DNA of 62,530 nt from Candidatus Fermentibacterota bacterium (GCA_029571005.1 JAKPTG010000115.1:1-62530), one strand, 5' to 3'. Positions 46,081-54,287 are shown, counted from the stretch's first letter. A program made the numbers and translations. The notes: generated by a model not told the origin, from the sequence alone.

Positions 46081-48024
46081 ATGAGATTCGAAGACACTCT
46101 CAGTAGGAGCTTCGTTCTGCTGGATCCGGAGGTCCGGACCGCCCGGGAGCTGTTCCAGGCCTTCGCCGCCCTTCTCAGAGAAAAAGGCGTCATCGAGGAC
46201 GAGGCGGGTTTCGTGGCCGAGCTGGAGGCCGGCGAAGCCAAGGGCTCCACCGGGATCGGACAGGGAATCGCCCTGCCCCACCTCATGATGGACAAACTGA
46301 AAAAAAGCCATATCCTGATCGCCAGGGTCAGGGATGGCATTCCCTTCAACTCCCTTGACGGCCGTCCGGCCAAACTCATCATTCTTCTGCTTTCAACCAA
46401 GAAGAACCGGGCGGAACACCTGAAGAACCTGGCCCGGTTGTCCAGGGTTCTGCAGCGGGAACACGTCATCGACAACCTTCTTGAAACTTCCGATCTGGCG
46501 TCGGTGGTTGCCGCCATCTGCTCCAAGCACAAGCCGACCTATCTCAGGAAGTATTCCCGGATCTTCTACTACCTCGGCTCCGTTGCGGCGGTGTTTCTTC
46601 TGCTGGCCATGATCATTCCGAGAATTTCCGTGCCCGAGGGAGACGTCGCGGCGCTGGAGGCGGACTACCTGAAATACAACGAGCCTGAGTGGGTGCAGAA
46701 ACAGGTGCTCGCCGGGGGGATCTTCCTGGCCACGGTGATAGGAACCCTGCTGTTCTGGAAACACCGGGTCGCCATCGCGGCCTTCGGCCTCGGGGTGCTT
46801 CTGCTTTCGGGCACCATGGACCTGGAGATGGCGATCCATTTCATGAACATTCCCACCATTCTCTTCCTGATATCCATGATGGTGGTGATCTCCTACATGG
46901 AGTCACAGGGATTCTTCGAGTACATCGTCGCATGGATAGTCAACAAGACCGGGCCCCACCCCAGAAGGATATTCCTGACCCTGATGCTCTCGGCGGGGAT
47001 TCTGGGAGGGCTGGTAAACGAGGTGACGGCCATCTTCATCGCGGTGACGATAGGCATCAGCATAGCGAACAAGCTTAACCTGAACCCCTTCCCCTTCGTG
47101 ATCGGACTGGTCTTCGCCACGAACACCGCTTCGGCGCTGACCATGATAGGCAACCCCATCGGGATCTACATCGCCTTCGCCGGAGGGTTCACATTCGTGG
47201 ATTTCCTGAGGTGGGCCACACCCATAGCGCTGGTGATAGTGCTTCTGATAACCGGCGTTCTCCTGCTTCTGTTCCGGAAGCAGATCCCGTCCCGGACGAA
47301 GGTCAAGGCGGAGGGGCCCATGACCGAAGAGCCGGAGGTGGACCAGGGCAGGATGAGGGTCTGCGGAATCCTCTTCGTTCTGCTGGTCTGCCTCATCGGC
47401 TTTTCCCACGAGATAGACGGAGCCCTCGGTCTGTTTCCCAACACAAGCATCGTGGCCATTCCCATAACCATAGCAGGCGCCGTGATCTTCATGGAACGGG
47501 ACAAGGGGCAGATGCTGATCAAGGAGGGGGTGGACTGGTGGACCATCCTGTTCTTCATGTTTCTCTTCGCGAAGGCGGCGTGTCTTGAGTACACCGGCGT
47601 TACGCCGAAGATAGCCTACCAGGTGCTGTCCATCTCCAGCGAGGTAAAGGAAGGCCTGCTGGGCCCCTTCACCGTCACCATCCTGTCGCTGACGATGATA
47701 ACCGTCTTCACGGCCCTGGCCTCGGGGTTCGCCGACAACCTGCCCATCATTGCCGCGCTGGTCCCTGTGATAAAAACCATGCAGGTCGCCGGGCTTCCCC
47801 ACTCCTCCATACTCTGGTGGGGGCTTCTTTTCGGCGGCTGCCTCGGGGGAAACCTGACGCTGATAGGTTCTTCCGCCAACATGGTGGCCCTTTCAATCTA
47901 CGAGAAACTGGAGGGCAAGGTAATCGGCTTCGTCACCTGGATCAGGTACGGATTCCCGGTGGTTGTCATTTCCCTTCTGGTGGCGCTTCTGCTGCTGGTG
48001 CTTCAGATCGGCGCTGCGCCTTGA
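46081..48024 (+). CDS. PTS EIIA(Ntr/Fru)-type regulatory domain fused to an ArsB/NhaD/CitMHS-superfamily anion permease
   Basis: The N-terminal 150 aa carry GSTGIGQGIALPH (EIIA phospho-His motif). They are followed by roughly 10-12 TM segments typical of SLC13/CitMHS permeases. Confidence 0.83.
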   Translation: MRFEDTLSRSFVLLDPEVRTARELFQAFAALLREKGVIEDEAGFVAELEAGEAKGSTGIGQGIALPHLMMDKLKKSHILIARVRDGIPFNSLDGRPAKLIILLLSTKKNRAEHLKNLARLSRVLQREHVIDNLLETSDLASVVAAICSKHKPTYLRKYSRIFYYLGSVAAVFLLLAMIIPRISVPEGDVAALEADYLKYNEPEWVQKQVLAGGIFLATVIGTLLFWKHRVAIAAFGLGVLLLSGTMDLEMAIHFMNIPTILFLISMMVVISYMESQGFFEYIVAWIVNKTGPHPRRIFLTLMLSAGILGGLVNEVTAIFIAVTIGISIANKLNLNPFPFVIGLVFATNTASALTMIGNPIGIYIAFAGGFTFVDFLRWATPIALVIVLLITGVLLLLFRKQIPSRTKVKAEGPMTEEPEVDQGRMRVCGILFVLLVCLIGFSHEIDGALGLFPNTSIVAIPITIAGAVIFMERDKGQMLIKEGVDWWTILFFMFLFAKAACLEYTGVTPKIAYQVLSISSEVKEGLLGPFTVTILSLTMITVFTALASGFADNLPIIAALVPVIKTMQVAGLPHSSILWWGLLFGGCLGGNLTLIGSSANMVALSIYEKLEGKVIGFVTWIRYGFPVVVISLLVALLLLVLQIGAAP

Positions 48025-48129
48025 CACATACCCGGAACGCACCGTCCGGTACAAGCGATGATTGCGCGACGCGGTATTGAACACAGGCCGCATCCGATGG
48101 AACAGGCCGTCCGCCCGCAGAGACCTGTT

Positions 48130-48163
48130 GAGGGAGGCAGGCATCTGAACTCCCTCCTTTTTT
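48130..48163 (+). terminator. Intrinsic terminator downstream of the permease gene
   Basis: GAGGGAG, 13 nt loop, CTCCCTC, followed by CTTTTTTG. Confidence 0.65.
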
Positions 48164-48251
48164 GCATCCAACGTTCCAAATCAGCCGACTGCGAATTCCT
48201 GGGTTCCCATACCCCCGGCGCGGTTCCGCTGAACTCGGTTGCCGGCGCCCT

Positions 48252-48581
48252 CTATTTTGCCAATCTTGCGCTTACCAATCTATTGATACTTACACCTTCC
48301 TCCGCCGCAAGCTCAGCAAGTCTTTTATGCAATTCCGGCGGGATTCGAACCATGAATTTGCCGCTGTACTTCCTTACGGAGAATGGAACCGGAACTGACT
48401 CTTTATTTGCTTCCATGTCTTTGATGGTATCCGAGACCAGTTCCCGGATGCCTCTAAGCGCAAGTTCCTGGCTTTCAGCGAGCCAACTGAGGCCGGGGAA
48501 TTCACTGCACAGTGCAAGATACTCCCGGTCTTCTTCAGACCAAGTCACCCTGTACGTGTAAAGGTCATTTTTCAGTGACAT
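48252..48581 (-). CDS. hicB: HicB-family antitoxin with C-terminal ribbon-helix-helix
   Basis: YTYRVTWSEEDREYLALCSEFPGLSWLAESQELALRGIRELV (HicB fold) plus FMVRIPPELHKRLAELAAEEGVSINRLV (RHH). Confidence 0.8.
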   Translation of the reverse strand: MSLKNDLYTYRVTWSEEDREYLALCSEFPGLSWLAESQELALRGIRELVSDTIKDMEANKESVPVPFSVRKYSGKFMVRIPPELHKRLAELAAEEGVSINRLVSARLAK

Positions 48582-48669
48582 CCGTCCCGCTCAACCTCTC
48601 TATGGCCCGGAGAACCTGCTTGACCTGGTACGTCGTCCGCTGCAGCCGCTTGTCAAGGTCTCAGTGCTT

Positions 48670-49281
48670 TCATGGCTCAATACCTATAATCACGAGCGGA
48701 ACCGCCGGGACACCACGTCCTTGACGAACTACATTGTAGAACTCGCCCTCATAGTAAGCGACACCAGAACTCATCTGGCTTTGAAGGGACTTCATTGGAA
48801 GAATTTCAATTCCCACGTCTATTCGATCACTGACATAGAAGGCGAGATGTTTGACGAAAAGGTCATATGCAACAAACGCATACTTTCCAAACTGAACCTC
48901 AACGGCCACCCTGTCTTTGACAAAATCGGTCTGGTTATAGCTGAGAATAGGTGTCTCGCCGGCTGCCTCAATCTCACGTTTTTGCTTTTCCGCCGGCATC
49001 GTAAGCGTTTTCCGAATCAACTTTTCGCTTTTGGTAACCCAGTAGGTCACACGGCTTTCGTTCCAAGATTGTTTCCGAAGCAGACGGTTGAATTCAGAAT
49101 TCATGTCGACAGGACTAAATAGAAGCTTGCCCTTCTTTGTTTTTTCCCTGGACACTTTCGTTCGGCATCTGCCGGCATCCACCGCAGCAATGACAGCTTG
49201 TATTTCTTTCCAAAGACTTGGTTTATGAACCAAAAGAAATTCAAGCCCGTTCAAATGGGAATATGTCTCAGCGATTTTCAT
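48670..49281 (-). CDS. Type IIP restriction endonuclease, BglII/BstYI-like
   Basis: 203 aa. LWKEI, LLFSPVDMN, DFVKDRVAVEVQF (D-x8-E-x-Q as in the BglII active site), MSSGVAYYE and PLVIIGIEP parallel BglII as I recall it. The start shares 1 nt with the MTase stop. Confidence 0.65.
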   Translation of the reverse strand: MKIAETYSHLNGLEFLLVHKPSLWKEIQAVIAAVDAGRCRTKVSREKTKKGKLLFSPVDMNSEFNRLLRKQSWNESRVTYWVTKSEKLIRKTLTMPAEKQKREIEAAGETPILSYNQTDFVKDRVAVEVQFGKYAFVAYDLFVKHLAFYVSDRIDVGIEILPMKSLQSQMSSGVAYYEGEFYNVVRQGRGVPAVPLVIIGIEP

Positions 49282-50330
49282 CAGCGTTCCTTCCCATACT
49301 TTGCCCTTGTTTCAAACAACCTCATTTGCTTGGATTCCCTCTTATCCCAAGGTGCTACTGTAAGGCGGTTCCCTGCATCCACAGGGTCATAAACTGGCCT
49401 GCCCATAGGTCGGGTTTGCAATGTACCATTGATTTCTTGTTGGATGCGATCTTTCGCAAGAGCAATATATTTCTGGACGGTTTCCGCTCCAACTCCCCGA
49501 CGCCCATGACGAACAGCCGCAATAACAGACGTGCCGGTTCCAAGGAATGGATCCAAGACCCAATCCCCCTCATTTGTCAGAGAAAGCACTATTCGCTCAA
49601 TCAACTCTACAGGGAATTGACACGGATGTTCGGTTTTTTCAATATGGTTGCTTTTCACGTTCGGAATAACCCACAAATCGCCGGGGTTTTTCCCGAGCGG
49701 GTTGCACGAATACTGCCCGGCTTTCGGACCCTTAAAATACTTTTTCCCCGGGTACTTCTGAGGCACACGCACGGGATCGAGATTGAAGACATAGTCATCG
49801 GACTTTGTAAACCAAATAATCGTCTCATAGCGACCGGAGAATCGGCGGCTGCAATGGAGCCCGTGCTCGAAATGCCAGATAATCCGATTGCGCATCCTGA
49901 GCCCCAGGTTTGAGAAGATAGGATATAGGACAGTGTCCAGGGGAATAATAGCCCCCTTGTCAACATAGTTTCCTACCTGCCAGCAGATACTGCCTTTAGG
50001 TGATAAAGTGCGCACACATTCGGCGATGATCTGAGCTTGCTGTTGCAGGTACACATCGAGATGAAGTTTTTTTTCATATTCTTTGCCAATGTTGTACGGA
50101 GGGGAAGTGACTACCAGTTGAAGTGACTCATCCGGTATTGATTTCAATAGGTCAAGACAATCGCCGGGGTACACGACAATAGATTCCGATGGGCTGAACA
50201 CATCGGCAACCTCGTAATTTTGTCTGAATAACGTCTGGTTTTTTGCTTTCCTGTCCAATATCTCAATTACCCTTCCATCCATTATGAGACCTGACAATTC
50301 TTCGACTGACACCCGCCTAAGCGGGGGCAC
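49281..50330 (-). CDS. Beta-class DNA methyltransferase, probably N4-cytosine (SPPY type)
   Basis: Motif IV VVTSPPYN lies upstream of motif I VLDPFLGTGTS (the beta permutation). GTG start follows an in-frame TAA. Confidence 0.87.
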   Translation of the reverse strand: MPPLRRVSVEELSGLIMDGRVIEILDRKAKNQTLFRQNYEVADVFSPSESIVVYPGDCLDLLKSIPDESLQLVVTSPPYNIGKEYEKKLHLDVYLQQQAQIIAECVRTLSPKGSICWQVGNYVDKGAIIPLDTVLYPIFSNLGLRMRNRIIWHFEHGLHCSRRFSGRYETIIWFTKSDDYVFNLDPVRVPQKYPGKKYFKGPKAGQYSCNPLGKNPGDLWVIPNVKSNHIEKTEHPCQFPVELIERIVLSLTNEGDWVLDPFLGTGTSVIAAVRHGRRGVGAETVQKYIALAKDRIQQEINGTLQTRPMGRPVYDPVDAGNRLTVAPWDKRESKQMRLFETRAKYGKER

Positions 50331-50455
50331 TTACTCAGTGCCTTGAGAATGATGCTCGCTCGTTGGGCCGTCAATAGATAAGGTGTGCATGTGTGCGCAT
50401 TCATCGCCCTGGGGGGTTGTCCGCCGGCGATGTAAGGGGGCGGTGGGTGATGCAT

Positions 50456-50488
50456 AAGGCCGTTGTACCACTTTGGAACGGCTTTTTG
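50456..50488 (+). terminator. Orphan plus-strand intrinsic terminator with no annotated plus-strand gene upstream
   Basis: AAGGCCGTT, 12 nt loop, AACGGCTTT, followed by TTGTG. The T-tract is on the + strand only. Confidence 0.5.
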
Positions 50489-50490
50489 TG

Positions 50491-50681
50491 ATTCACCGGT
50501 GGGAAGTCCGGGTCAGGCGGCCTTTGCAACTCTCCGGTGAGAAGTTTGGCTGAGTTATCGGCCTGTCAGGAGGCCGGGGCAAAACCCGTCCCGTTCCGGA
50601 GGGCACCGCCGTGGTGGAATGTCCGGGTTAGAGCGGTCTCCGTCATTTACCGGTGAGAAGCACGGGTCAGAGCATGTCCTG
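50491..50681. repeat. Five-unit degenerate tandem repeat, period 38-39 nt, overlapping the priA stop codon
   Basis: Units start at 50491, 50529, 50567, 50605 and 50644. The core CCGGTG(A/G)GAAG-N5-6-GG(G/C)T(C/T/G)AG recurs at 50496, 50534, about 50611 and 50650. Unit 3 is strongly degenerate. Confidence 0.7.
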
Positions 50682-53042
50682 GGGGTCAACGTCCAGGGAC
50701 ATCCTCACGCCGGAGCGTTCCCCTCCGGTGAAGGCGCTTTCCGCGGCGTCCAGGGATTCCTCGAGGGTCTTCCGGGAGGGGGAGGTGAGCAGGATGCTCC
50801 ACCGGTGCATCCCCCCTATCCTGGGCAGCGCCGCCGGGCACGGCCCCCTCACGGCGGCGGCCTCTTCACGGCGGAGGGCTTCTCCGACGGTCGTCGCGGC
50901 CTTCTCCACCCTGGACTCATCGGGCCCCTGAAACAGGAGCCTCGCCATCCGGGTGAAGGGAGGGTACGCCAAGGTCTGTCTTATCTGAAGCTCCTCCGCG
51001 GCGAACCCGGAGTAGTCGTGGGCGGCGGCGGCTACGATGGCGGGGGCCTCGGGGCATGCGGTCTGGATCAGAACCTCCCCCGGGGAAGCCCCCCGGCCGG
51101 CCCTTCCAGCAGCCTGGAGCAGCAGCGAGAAAACCCGCTCCGCACTCCGGAAGTCGGGCAGGGTCAGCCCCATGTCCGCGGCTATCACCCCTACCAGGGT
51201 CACGTTGGGGAAGTCATGCCCCTTGGCTACCATCTGGGTGCCCAGCAGGACGTCGGCCTCGCCGCGCCGAAACCTGTCGAGGATCCGTCTGTGGGACGAA
51301 GCCCCCCTGGTGGTGTCCGCGTCCATACGCAAAACCCGGGTGTCCGGCAGTTGTCCGGCGAGAATCTCCTCCACTTTCTGAATGCCGGGCCCGGTCCGGA
51401 TGAAACGGCCGGCTCCGCAACCGCCGCAGGAGTTGCCCGCGGGTTTCCAGTAGGAGCAGTGGTGGCACTTCAGCAGCTCCCCCCGCCGGTGGTAGGTCAG
51501 GGCTATCCCGCACATGGGGCAGCTCTCGGTATGGCCGCAGTAGAAGCACATCTGAATCGGCGAGTGCCCCCTGCGGTTCACCAGCAGGATGGCCTGCCTC
51601 CCCCGGCTGGTGTGTTTGCCCAGGGCCGACAGCATGGTGTCGCTGACCAGCCTGTTGTCCGCTCCCCGGGTGTCCAGGATCCGGATCCCCGGCAGTGTTC
51701 CCCCCGCCACCCGGTCCGGCAGGGAGAGCAGGGTGTATTTCCCGGCGGCGGCATTCCGCCAGCTCTCCAGCGACGGGGTCGCCGAGCCAAGGAGCACGGG
51801 AATCTTCAGGAACGAACCCAGCAGCACCGCCATGTCCCTGGCGTTGTAGCAGGGGAGTTCCCCCTGCTTGTAGCTTCCGTCGTGCTCCTCGTCCACCACC
51901 ACCACGCCGGGGTCCGCCAGGGGGGCGAAAAGCGCGCTTCTGGCACCGATCACTATGGACCGTCCGCCCCTTCTCACCAGGTTCCACGTATCCAGGCGCT
52001 CCCCCCGCGAAAGCCCGCTGTGGAGGACCGCCACCCGGCCGGGAAACCTGGAGGAGAACCGGCTTACCAACTGGGGGGTCAGGCTGATCTCCGGCACCAG
52101 GACAAGGGCCTGCCGCCCGGCCTTCAGTACATCGCCGATGACCCTCAGATAGACCTCGGTCTTTCCGCTTCCGGTGATTCCGTGAAGCAGGAAAACGCCT
52201 TTTCCCGCCGAAAGGATGGAATCCACCGCGGCTTTCTGGGCGGCGGTGGGCTCCGGGGCGGGATGGGGCTCCACCGGCAGGCCCATCAGGGGGTCCCTGG
52301 GCACTTCCACCCGTCTCTCCGCCAGCAGGCCGTTGAGCACCAAGCGGCCGAGGGTGCTCCTGGAGATCCCCCAGGCCCCCAGCAGCGTGGTCTTGGGTAC
52401 GGGCTCGCCCGAGGAGGCCATCCTTACCAGCACCTCCGCCTGTTTCGGCGCCCTGGAGCGGATCGCCTGGGCGGCTTCCACAAGCCGGTCCGGCGGCACC
52501 GCCGCCTCCACCATCGTTTCCATCCTGGGCCTGCTCATCCGGACGGGCCTGTGGAACTGTACCACCAGCCCCCGTGCCGAATCCCGGATCAGGGCCTGTT
52601 CGAAGGGAAACCCCCGGGGGGCCGACGCCTCGAGGGAGTCACGGGTGAAAACACCGGGCTTTCCGCAAACCCGCAGGAGTTCCGCCCCTTCCCCGACCTC
52701 CAGCATCCTTTCCGCGGCCCCCTGCATTCCCGGCGGGAAGCCGCAGCCTGCGCACAACCCCTGGGGCGCCCGGTAGTAATCGGCCATCCATCTTATCAGG
52801 TGAAGCACCCATGCCGGAAGGAGGGGCCGGGGATCGATCCGTTCGAGCACCGGCTTCAGGGGTTTTTCCGGAGGCCGGCCGTCTTCGCCCCACACGACCC
52901 CCACCACCCGGGAGCCGCCGAATTCCACCGCCACCCGGCAACCCGGCAGAACCCCTCCGTCCATTCTCTCCGGGAGGAGGTAGGTGAAGGTTCCCCGGAC
53001 CGGCCTGGGAACGGCCACCTCCACGGGTCTTCCCCGGGTCAA
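50667..53042 (-). CDS. priA: Primosomal protein N' (replication restart helicase PriA)
   Basis: VAVPRPVRGTFTYLLPE N-terminus, Walker A GITGSGKTEVY, DEEHD, and Cys clusters CGHTESCPMCG...CHHCSY...CGGCG. TTG at 53042 gives a TTGA overlap with the upstream gene; GTG at 53024 is an alternative start. Confidence 0.9.
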   Translation of the reverse strand: MTRGRPVEVAVPRPVRGTFTYLLPERMDGGVLPGCRVAVEFGGSRVVGVVWGEDGRPPEKPLKPVLERIDPRPLLPAWVLHLIRWMADYYRAPQGLCAGCGFPPGMQGAAERMLEVGEGAELLRVCGKPGVFTRDSLEASAPRGFPFEQALIRDSARGLVVQFHRPVRMSRPRMETMVEAAVPPDRLVEAAQAIRSRAPKQAEVLVRMASSGEPVPKTTLLGAWGISRSTLGRLVLNGLLAERRVEVPRDPLMGLPVEPHPAPEPTAAQKAAVDSILSAGKGVFLLHGITGSGKTEVYLRVIGDVLKAGRQALVLVPEISLTPQLVSRFSSRFPGRVAVLHSGLSRGERLDTWNLVRRGGRSIVIGARSALFAPLADPGVVVVDEEHDGSYKQGELPCYNARDMAVLLGSFLKIPVLLGSATPSLESWRNAAAGKYTLLSLPDRVAGGTLPGIRILDTRGADNRLVSDTMLSALGKHTSRGRQAILLVNRRGHSPIQMCFYCGHTESCPMCGIALTYHRRGELLKCHHCSYWKPAGNSCGGCGAGRFIRTGPGIQKVEEILAGQLPDTRVLRMDADTTRGASSHRRILDRFRRGEADVLLGTQMVAKGHDFPNVTLVGVIAADMGLTLPDFRSAERVFSLLLQAAGRAGRGASPGEVLIQTACPEAPAIVAAAAHDYSGFAAEELQIRQTLAYPPFTRMARLLFQGPDESRVEKAATTVGEALRREEAAAVRGPCPAALPRIGGMHRWSILLTSPSRKTLEESLDAAESAFTGGERSGVRMSLDVDPQDML

Positions 53043-54187
53043 GCCAACCGCTCCGCCCCGGCCAGGACGGTTTCCCGGGCCTTCCCCACGGTCATGGGCA
53101 GCTCCGGAAGGGTGGGGAACTCCCCGTCTTCGTACAGCACCGTTCCGCCGCAGGTGAGTTTTCTCACCCTGCACGGCCAGGGCAGTTCCAGTATGTACTT
53201 CCACGGGTCATCGCAGGTGTGCAGCTCGTCTTCCTCCCGGGGGGTGAGTTCCAGCTCCACCGAGTCGCCCTCGGTATCGAAACCGAAGAGGGTGGCCGGG
53301 GTCCGGGAAACCATGCGGAACCACTCCTTGCCCGGTATTCCCCCGGGATCCCCCGTCACCGACGCCAGTCCCATGGCCAGCCTGGCGTCCGAAGCCGCGT
53401 CGAGGGAGTTGTTGCAGGCCGATCCGTCGCTCGCGACGATCACCGTCACCCCCCGGCTCCGCAGGTCCGGAATCCGGGCGATGCCGCTGCCGAGTTTGAG
53501 GTTGGCCCAGGGACAGTGAGCCACCGCCGCCCCCCTGGCCGCCAGGAGTTCCGCCTCCCCCGGGGTAAGATGGATGCAGTGGGCCAGGACGGTCCGGCTT
53601 CCCAGGAAGCCCAGGTCGTCCATAAGCCTCACGTTTCCACCCGCCTCACGTATGGAGGGATCCTCCATCTCTTCGGCGGCTTCCGAGCTATGGGTGGTCC
53701 GAACCGTCTCCGGGTCCTCCCCCGCCAGCCACTCCCACAGCTCCCGGGAGCATGACAGCACGAAACGGGGTGTGAAGGCGTAACCCACCCGGCCCCCGCA
53801 GGCTTTCCTCACCCGTTCGGATTCCCTCTGGAGCCATTCCAGGGGCCTGACCAGGTACGACGGCCCCCGGTCCATCAGGGCGTTGCCGATGAGCGCCCGG
53901 GCCCCGCAGGCCCTGAGGGTTTCGACGATGACGTCGGAGTGTTCCACGGAGCCCATGTCCAGCATGCCGCAGCAGCCCGAGGAGAACAGCTCCCTGAGCC
54001 CGAGGACCGTGGACACCCGCATGGTTTCCGGCGTATGGCAGGCTTCCAGGGGCCATATCCGCCGGGTCAGCCAGGGGAGAAGCCGCCTGCCCTCCGCGCA
54101 CCCCCGGAAAAGAGTCTGACACAGGTGGACATGCCCCTGGATAAGGGGAGGGCACGTGAGCCTTCCCCCCTTGACCGTCCATTCCAC
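53039..54187 (-). CDS. Amidohydrolase-superfamily deaminase (MTA/SAH- or guanine-deaminase-like) with a short N-terminus
   Basis: The HxH motif IQGHVHLCQ lies only 18 aa from the GTG start, and an in-frame TGA sits 2 codons upstream. LAHCIHL and ASDGS metal-ligand regions are present. Confidence 0.78.
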   Translation of the reverse strand: MEWTVKGGRLTCPPLIQGHVHLCQTLFRGCAEGRRLLPWLTRRIWPLEACHTPETMRVSTVLGLRELFSSGCCGMLDMGSVEHSDVIVETLRACGARALIGNALMDRGPSYLVRPLEWLQRESERVRKACGGRVGYAFTPRFVLSCSRELWEWLAGEDPETVRTTHSSEAAEEMEDPSIREAGGNVRLMDDLGFLGSRTVLAHCIHLTPGEAELLAARGAAVAHCPWANLKLGSGIARIPDLRSRGVTVIVASDGSACNNSLDAASDARLAMGLASVTGDPGGIPGKEWFRMVSRTPATLFGFDTEGDSVELELTPREEDELHTCDDPWKYILELPWPCRVRKLTCGGTVLYEDGEFPTLPELPMTVGKARETVLAGAERLA

Positions 54188-54287
54188 GGCTCACCGCCTT
54201 TCCGGCGAAACATACCCGCAACCCGGAGCGAATCCCAGATGGGAACCCCGGTCGGGCGTTTGTGTATCATCACAAAGCCATTGAAAG

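Larger units (their letters stand above)
48164..50490. mobile_element. Putative horizontally acquired low-GC island (M-R-HicB); no mobility gene present
   Basis: Composition and codon usage visibly shift to AT-richer DNA. There are three co-directional accessory genes, inserted between the 3' ends of convergent core genes. Confidence 0.45.

Noticed and set aside
48040-48075. A possible additional copy of the 38-nt repeat core at the left island border (CCGGTACAAGC versus CCGGTGAGAAGC).
   Set aside because: Only about 10 of 12 positions match, and that needs a gap. The rest of the unit does not align, and the site lies upstream of the permease terminator. The evidence is insufficient.
48172-50480. 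9-nt inverted repeat (CGTTCCAAA at 48172-80 and TTTGGAACG at 50472-80) as terminal inverted repeats of the island.
   Set aside because: The positions fit the compositional boundaries, but the match does not extend beyond 9 nt. The right copy is simply one arm of the terminator hairpin, no target-site duplication is evident, and a 9-mer match after scanning both borders could be chance. It is worth a statistical check but is not claimed.
50491-50681. A CRISPR array or CRISPR remnant.
   Set aside because: The units are directly contiguous with no unique spacers. They are strongly degenerate, lack a conserved palindromic repeat, and have no cas genes nearby. I call it a tandem repeat instead.
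50619-53519. 966-aa plus-strand ORF, the longest in the track.
   Set aside because: It lies exactly antisense to priA and the amidohydrolase gene. Its product is R/G/P/H-rich and low-complexity with no motifs, whereas the minus-strand frames carry unambiguous PriA helicase and amidohydrolase signatures. It is a GC-driven shadow ORF.
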